Source: Eledone cirrhosa (lineage: Eukaryota). Taken from it: a stretch of DNA of 64,000 bases. Positions within the stretch are counted from its first letter, which is position 1; each line of letters begins with the position of its first letter. Both the position numbers and the translations under genes were made by a program. The notes under the pieces were generated by a model. That model was not told where the DNA came from. It ran no database searches and saw only the letters and a program-made list of their open reading frames with translations. Shown in pieces: positions 54,586 to 64,000 of the stretch. The stretch lies in assembly GCA_964016885.1 (NCBI GenBank), contig OZ024751.1:4774001-4838000 (forward strand). Direction: 5' to 3'.

Positions 54586-54841
54586 GGGAATTTTTGATTG
54601 TTCCTTTTTTGTTACATCCTTGGTTTTTGTTTTTTTTACACGCAGAAATGTCCATTTGTACCGTCCTGTACCGCCCTGTACCGTCCTGTATTGTCCTGTA
54701 TTGTCCTGTATTGTCCTGTACCGTCCTGTATTGTCCTGTATTGTCCTGTACCGTCCTGTACCGTCCTGTATTGTCCTGTATTGTCCTGTACTGTCCTTAA
54801 TGTCTTACTTTGTGTAAACCCTTGTGGTTAATAAAGAAAGC
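54586..54841 (+). mobile_element. Tx1-like 3' UTR in (ATT)n with internal 10-bp minisatellite (YYGTCCTGTA)
   Basis: Shares GGGA..TT.GATTGTT, TTTTTACACG and CCCTTGTGG(T/C)TAATAAAGAAA with 50775-50896; (ATT)n on both sides. Confidence 0.6.
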
Positions 54842-54874
54842 ATTATTATTATTAATTTGACAGGAAGTTTCTTT

Positions 54875-54934
<60 letters not shown>

Positions 54935-55073
54935 ATCCCTCCCGCCTCTCTCTCTCTCTCTGTCCCTACCTTTCACCGCCCCCTCTCTCTTTTTAAGCAG
55001 CAAGGTCGTTAATTGTTGTAACTGAGGTTGCTAACGACTCCATAATGTCAACAGGTACCACAACAACCGTTGA

Positions 55074-55453
55074 CTGGCTGGTTGGTTGGGTGTTTGGGTG
55101 TTTGGTTGGGTGGTTGGCTGGGTGGTTGGGTGGTTGGATGGTTGGTTGGTTGGCTGGTTGGCTGGTTGGTTGGGTGGTTGCGTGGTTGGCTGGTTGGGTG
55201 GTTGGGTGGTTGGGTGGTTGGGTGGTTGGGTGGTTGAGTGGTTGGGTGGTTGGGTGGTTGTTTGGTTGGTTGGTTGGGTGGTTGTTTGGTTGGGTGGTTG
55301 GTTGGTTGGGTGGTTGGGTGTTTGGGTGGTTGGTTGGGTGGTTGTTTGGTTGGTTGGTTGGGTTGTTGGTTGGTTTGGTTAGTTGGGTGGTTGGTTGGTT
55401 TGGTGGTTTGGTAGTTGGTTGGTTGGGTGGTTGGGTGTTTGGTTGGCTGGTTG

Positions 55454-55485
<32 letters not shown>

Positions 55486-55535
55486 GGTGGGTGGGTGGGT
55501 GGTTGGGTGGGTGGATGGTTGTGTGGTTGGGTGGT
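55074..55535. repeat. Degenerate (GGTT/GGGT)n repeat
   Basis: Direct sequence. Confidence 0.92.
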
Positions 55536-55789
55536 TCATTGATTGACTGGCTGGCGAAGACCAAGTGTGGTGAAGTGATGAGAATACAAAGATACATTGG
55601 TCTACGTGCTGTTGGTTGGAAACTTGGTTTCACTTTGGCACACAACAACAACAACATCATCATCAACAACAACGGCAGTAGCAGCAGCAACAACAACAAT
55701 AACAACAACAAAAGCAGCTACAACAAAAGCAACCGCAGCAAAAATACCAACAACAACAGCAGCAACAACAATAGCAACAAAAATATATA

Positions 55790-55921
55790 TAGTGGTGGAA
55801 CACTGGAAGGTAATATCCGTAGTGTCCTTCCTGTTCCTATAACCATACACATCCCGAGCTGAAGATCCGCGAAGGTGAAACAATTGTTCTCGGTATCGTG
55901 AACTAACTGTTGTGTAACCAC

Positions 55922-55926
<5 letters not shown>
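55790..55926. mobile_element. Family B inverted-junction insertion, copy 2
   Basis: 35-bp antisense tail nearly identical to 47530-47564, joined to a sense piece ending GTAACCACTTCTA-(TA)n. Confidence 0.75.
55854..55893 (+). ncRNA. Minimal type I hammerhead ribozyme
   Basis: CCGAG-CUGAAGA-UCCGCGAAGGU-GAAAC-AAUU-GUU/CUCGG; perfect 5-bp stem I and palindromic stem III. Confidence 0.8.
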
Positions 55927-55978
<52 letters not shown>

Positions 55979-56068
55979 GTCTTAAGCCAGAAGGCTCATT
56001 TGGCCGGTGCTTATCCTGGTTTCATGGCGTGAAGCGACTGAGAGTACAAGACCCCCATATATATATAT

Positions 56069-56196
56069 AACGGCGGAGTTGTGGTAAGGAACCAGATGGA
56101 CCATAATGCACGAGAATACTCAATACTTAGGGTAGTAGAGTGGGTAATAGGAGACTGCAGAGCTCAAACCATTTCGACGACTATTTCTTGACTAAA
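56069..56196 (-). mobile_element. Family A 3' end, internally deleted
   Basis: Reverse complement of the tail at 31021-31092 plus part of the ribozyme half. Confidence 0.65.
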
Positions 56197-56952
56197 GTAA
56201 GAGTTTTTTTTAGTCTGGTAATTAAATAACCGAACTTTTCAAGGGTACATCCTTATATGGAAAGATTGTAGTTGTCAAGGGGATTGGCCAAAATTTGTAG
56301 CAGACACAGAAAAGTCTATCATGGCAGTGGGTGCGGGGTGTGGATGGCTGAACTTGCCAGTAGAGCGATAGGGGAGTGGGTAGAGCCGGTCAAGCGTAGA
56401 AGGTGAAATCTACACGGCAAATTCTAAGGAATGTGGAAGAAAGATGGTATCTTTAGAAAGTGGAGGAGGGACGTTATAGAAATAGTATATCAAGTGCGAT
56501 TAGGGGACAAAGAAAAAATATAATAAAAAAGAATATAATAAAAAATGAGAGGAAGCTGTAACTGAAAGTAAGATTGGAAAGTGAGAAGTGAAATAAAGAG
56601 TCTAACACAGTTGCTATATTTCGGCCAAAGCCACAGAATGAGTTGCTAGATGAGAATAATTGAAAAATTTAGAATTAAAAATTAATACCACATATCTGGG
56701 GTCTAACACAGCTGCTATGAATAGTTAGTATAGCGTAATCGGCGAATGCTATCTGTAAGTTACTGGGGTGAGGGTACTGAGGCTAAAGAAGCCCGATGGG
56801 TTGCCCCGGGGTAAGCGAAAGGGGAAAAAAACAAAGAAACGAACGAGGAAGAAATTCGGTGGTGGAAAGAAGTGATAGGGGGAGACAAAGGGAAGAAGAA
56901 AACATGGAGGAAAAAAAAAAGGTACATCTACCTATATCAGTAGGGATTTACC

Positions 56953-57330
56953 CTATCTTATTCGGTAAGTCTTCCGAAATCTGTGTTTGCATGCAGTTAC
57001 CAGTTCGTCTTTTTTGTTTAGGAGTTGATCCTTCGTAAACAGCATTTGTAATGTTTCCTCCGAGCATAAGTTACACGGACGGCGTCCTCCCGTGTAAGAG
57101 TTAGCTCTGGACAGTAAGTTCCAAGTAAGATGGTAAGTTATATTATTATCTTGGAGGTCCCAGATATGGCCCGAAAGTGTGGTGGCATGTCGCCGGAACG
57201 GGTTCCGGAACGTGTGTCGGTGTTGGTAGAGCCGGGTCTTGAAGTCACACGCGGTTAATCCTATATAAGCTTTGTTGGAGGTGTTCGTCCTCACGTTGCA
57301 CTGGTAGATCACGTTACGTTCTCGGCATCT
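56953..57330 (-). pseudogene. Naiad-type PLE GIY-YIG fragment
   Basis: NVIYQC...AYIGLTACDFKTRLYQH...CNLCSEE...LLNKKDELVTACKH. Confidence 0.88.
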
Positions 57331-57987
57331 TATAGTTGAGAGGGCACGTAGATCCATCAGGGCAGTTACACCTCCTGGTCGGCTGTCCACTAATTTCTAG
57401 GTTGTTTCTTCCATAGGGGTTGAGATTTTTGTTGTTTGAGTAGACGATTTTGTATTTTACTTAAAAAATAGGTGGTTCAAGTTGTGAGAGTAGAACAATT
57501 TGTGGATTCAAAAATTTTGTTCAACATTGAAATTTGTTAACCGCTAAATTTGATGAGTGATTTACTCCAAAATATATAGAGAAAATAATATATTATTTTG
57601 TGTGAGATCAATTATTTTAGTCGAAAGATGTGTGAATGTTTGAATAACAAAAAGAGAGGAAAAACGTAATGTGCTTTTCGAAGATCTATCGTAAAGAGGA
57701 TACATTTTCAGAATGTCATTTAAAGATTATCTACATCTATAAAAATATATTTAGAGGGGTGTCATTAGAAAAATAATGTCAGAATTAAAAATAATGTCGG
57801 AATTAAAATAATGTCGGAATTAAAAATATTAAATATATATATTAAAAATATTAGAAATATTAGAGATATTAAAAAAATTTAGAAATATTAAAAATATTTT
57901 AAAATATTTAAAAATATTAAAAATATTAAATAAATTTACATTTAAATTTTGAAAAAGGTAGGATCATTTTGAAGGTGTATAGGAATA

Positions 57988-59870
57988 TTATAAATTAAAA
58001 ATAGTTCTGAACGTGGAATTTTGGCGATGTCTGCAAGAAGAAAATAATTCTGTTCTGAGATTAATAGAGTTTTGACAGCTAATTATATAAAAAATTTCTT
58101 CGATACACAATTTACAGAATCTTGATAAAGCCATATTTCGGTATGCAGGTTCTTTCGAAATCGTTCTCCAAGATATTGAATAATCTATATTGTTGTCTTT
58201 TAAGTTCCAAATTAGATGTGAAAGTGAAGTAGAAGATTTTTTTTATCAGATCTCCTAAATGTATGATTATGGTTATTCCAGCGAACTTTAAATTTTGTTG
58301 AAGTGGCACCAACATAGTTAAACATTTTGTCTCTAGTTTTAACTGTGCATTTATAAACTACGTTTTTGTCTAAATAATTATTTTGTAAAGGGCAGTTTGA
58401 TTTGATTCTACAATTATATTTACTGGAGTTATTGTTGTTCAGAACGGTACTATTATTCTGAATATTGTTGTTAGAAATATTATTATTGCTATTTTGGTTA
58501 GTTTGGTTAGGGTTTAAATTTAAGTTTCTATTATTAATTCTATTTATATTTTGAGCTATGTTCATAGTAGTAGAGTAGGATAGTTTTATAGTGTGTCTGT
58601 TAAAAATAGAGTGGTATCTGTGGGATTTAGGAAAACATTTATCTAGTGCTTTAAAGAATAGCTTTGCTAAAGGTGTTTTAACGCTTAATGAAAATGGGGG
58701 AGAGTACCAAATAATATTTCTAGTTCTAGTTTTTTGTTTGGTCTAGTGTTTAAGTTAATACTAGGATGATATGTCATGTTATTGTTATCTATGTATTTAA
58801 TTTATTCGAGTATCCTGTTCTATGTAAAGCTTCATTATAATATTCAGCCTTATCATCAAAAATATTTTTATTAGCGGAGATGCGTGAAATCCGTTGTTGG
58901 ACGCTATTGACAATAGTGTTTTTAATATTTCTAGGATGATTAGAAATGAAACTTACATAATTTAGATTTTCGTTAATTTTATGGAAAGGATAGTAAAGAC
59001 TTGTGCTAAGGTTTAAGGTTACAACTAAGAAGTTAACGATTTTGTAGTTATTCTCTATTTCTAACTTAAGATTGTAGTTGTTGAAAAATTGTATTATGGA
59101 TTTTCTTTTCCTATTAATTTCACTATTGCTATGGTTTTCAGTTAAAAGCAACATATCGTCACGATATAAACCTCCGGTCATCTCTGGCATTTTCCTATGC
59201 AGTACATTATTAATAAATAATACAACGAGGTCCGTTAGTTGCGCCGAGTCAGATGATCCCATAGTGATATCAAAATTGTTTTTTCTGTCGGCTCTTGTCC
59301 AGAGATGATTATTAAATTCTATTAGTGTTTTACGTGCTGTTAGAATTATATTCATTTCATCACTAGATAAGTCTGTATGTTTAGATGCGTAGATAAGTGC
59401 TTTATTAAGTAAACTAGGGGTAATAGAGGAGTAGTAATTTGAAATATCCATTTGAATGAATTTTTTGTTATGTTTTAATTTTATGTTATTGAACCAATCT
59501 ATAACTTCATTAGTACCGTTCCATAGTTTAAGGTGAGATTTTTCTTTAAGTAGTGGTATAATTCTATCTAATATATGTTTGCTAATTATGTCTAAGTCCG
59601 ATTTAGATGGTGCGATGAGTCTGACTGGTAGTTCAATTTCAAAATTTCTTTTGTGGTCCTTCAGGTTAATTTTCGGTTTTCTATATATAAAGGGTTCAGT
59701 TCTATTTTGGATGTCTAATTTATAAATAATTTCAGAAGCTTCTCTATTTAACGTTGAAAGATCTTCATTTGATGTTATTTTGTAGTTTTTTCTGAGTTCT
59801 TTCAATATAAGGTTATTATATTTGTCCTTTTCAATACCATATAAATTATTAGTTTTATCAGATTTTACGA
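57988..59870 (-). pseudogene. AT-rich Naiad-type PLE RT plus GIY-YIG, 5'-truncated and frameshifted
   Basis: KSDKTNNLY, LKDHK, MDISNYYSSI, FDITMGSSDSAQ, GLYRDD, SNHP, NVVYKC...YVGATSTKFKVRWNNH, CKLC, CRH. Confidence 0.92.
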
Positions 59871-60042
59871 GGAACGGTAAAAACGAAGATAATACGTCAT
59901 ATGTGGGGCGGGGAGAACAATTGCACGCAAAGACAAAACCACGTAAATGGTATAACTGAAGTCGTAGACTAAAATTCTAACTAGGAAACCGAATGATTCT
60001 CGGCTTCAGAGTTAAGAGTAAAGTAAATAAAATACAGATTAC

Positions 60043-61581
60043 CCTACGAAGTTCGATTTAGGTAGACTTAGTAAAAGGATTCTTGATAGAATTATACCTG
60101 AAATTAGAAGTTTGACCCCTCTTGCACTGTGGAACAATTCTTTCGCGGTGATTGATTGGTTCAACGGCATATGCAACAAGGAAAATTGCCGTTTTACCCA
60201 ATTCGACATCAATAATTACTACTCCTCCATCACTTTACCACTTCTCCTTAGAGCTATCAATTTCGCTAAAACACTCACAGTGGTTAAGAATTTCGAAGTT
60301 GATGTCATCCTCAATGCCCGTAAGTCGGTGATTAATTTCGACGACTCTATTTGGATTAAAAACTCTAATAGTACCCCATTCGACGTGAGTATGGGGGCCA
60401 GCGATTCTGCGTAGGTTACTGATCTGATCGGCCTTTTCCTTCTTTTCTCTATCCAGGAAGAATTCCCCAACGTGGGCGGTGGTTTGTACCGTGATGATGG
60501 TCTTTCGACCATGACTAAGTGCGGCCCACGTGCTTGCGACAGGTTCAGAAAAGAACTCACAGCATTCTTTAAAGGCTTCAACCTCTCCATACAGGTTGAG
60601 GCCAACCTCTCGGTCGTTAATTACCTCGACGTTACCCTCAATTTATCGAATGGCTTGCATTACCAGTATAGAAAACCGAATGATACGCTTAATTACATAA
60701 GTAAGCATTCTAACCATCCTGCCAGCATAACCAAGAACCTGGTAAGAAACGTTTCTTTGAGACTTTCCCGTCTATCTACTAACGAGCATATTTTCAACGA
60801 CCATTCCACATACTACAATGAAGCTCTTGCTCGGAGTGGATTTGTCGATAAGGTAGCATATACAGAGTACGAGAATAGATCTAGAAGAAATAGATCCCGA
60901 CGCATTATATGGCATAACCCACCATATAATATGAAGGTGGCCACACCATTAGCTAAGATCTTTCTCTCCCTTATTATAAAGCATTTTCCCCCTACACATA
61001 AATATAGTAAAATTTTTAATAGAAATACTATTAAAATTTCTTACTCTACGACTCCTAACCTTGCACATAACATCGCAGCTTCAAATTTACCTAAACTACC
61101 TAGCCGTAGGAACACGTGCAACCCTGTAGTTAGTACTAACTGTAATTGTAGGAATCGGATTGATTGCCCCCTATCCGGGAAATGCCTCTCTAGTAACATT
61201 GTCTACAAATGTAAGGTTGAAACACCCACGTCCCGTAGGGCCTACATAGGGTTAACCGCCATTAGATTCAAGTAGCGTCTTTACATGCATACCCATTCTT
61301 TTCGAAACCCTTTAAGAAGGAATATGACGTCACTTTCAGCTTGTATCTAGAGTCTAAAAGACAACCACACCCAATATAAGTTACACTGGGAGATCCTAGC
61401 TAGAGCTAGCTCGTATAACGGAAATAAAAGACCATGTGACCTCTGCGCCGCTGAGGCCCTGGAAATACTCTACGCCAAAGACCACATCTTAAACAAAAAA
61501 TCTGAGGCAATTTTGGCTTGTAATCATAAATTGCACAAAACTTTCCTGTATTACAGCCCCACATTATACCCTAACGGATAG
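60043..61581 (+). pseudogene. Naiad-type PLE RT plus GIY-YIG, 5'-truncated, three in-frame TAG stops
   Basis: FDINNYYSSI, FDVSMGASDSA*, GLYRDDGL, YLDVTLNL, SNHP, IWHNPPY, CNCR...CPLSGKC, AYIGLT, CDLC, CNH; one frame throughout. Confidence 0.93.
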
Positions 61582-61936
61582 TACGAACTATACGCGGATA
61601 TTTTACGTCTTAATGTGGTAGCTTACTTATTTGTATAGGTAAGTATATATTACCTGTATGTTTTGTGAAGGTACATATACTTTCTCGTACGTATATTTGA
61701 TTGTATATGTTATGGCGTATATATTATATATTCTGGTGCATATGCTTTTGGTTATGTGTATACGTGAGTTTTGCGTCTGTGTTCGTACGTATTTAGGGTG
61801 TGTGTATATATGTACTTTGTGTTTTGGTTGACGTACGTCTCCGAACATATGTGTATTTACATGTAGGTATGTGTGTGCGCTTGTTATATACGTATTTATT
61901 TATTTATATACGTTTATTTAATTATATGTATACACG

Positions 61937-63993
<2,057 letters not shown>

Positions 63994-64000
63994 TATCTTG

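Noticed and set aside
55074-55535. Telomere-like G-rich tract
   Set aside because: Degenerate GGTT/GGGT, not TTAGGG, and interstitial.
57668-57715. Hammerhead in the AT-rich Naiad 3' UTR
   Set aside because: CUGAAAA box and unconvincing stems; too degenerate to call.

Overview
Eukaryotic, repeat-saturated animal DNA with no recognisable host gene. The SINE types and the very high microsatellite density suggest an octopus-like mollusc (inference). Bases 1-30620 are one tandem satellite with a 29-bp monomer (CAGAGTCTCTTTACAGTGTCTTATGTCTG) and nested higher-order duplications; the giant ORFs there are artefacts. Bases 30621-64000 are a nest of decayed retroelements set in (TA)n/(CA)n microsatellites. 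They include a near full-length Neptune-type Penelope-like element (PLE) with direct pLTRs and a truncated second copy, four Naiad-type PLE RT/GIY-YIG remnants, Tx1/L1 and RTE LINE fragments, tRNA-SINEs and non-autonomous Helitrons. The most notable signal is a dozen or more whole, half or degenerate type I hammerhead ribozyme motifs, many inside small fold-back insertions from about six families. In three families, independent copies end their inverted arm at the same internal site, which suggests twin priming on (TA)n targets. One ~0.4-kb non-coding unit begins exactly at its predicted ribozyme cleavage site (retrozyme-like). All coordinates were read by eye and may be off by a few bases.
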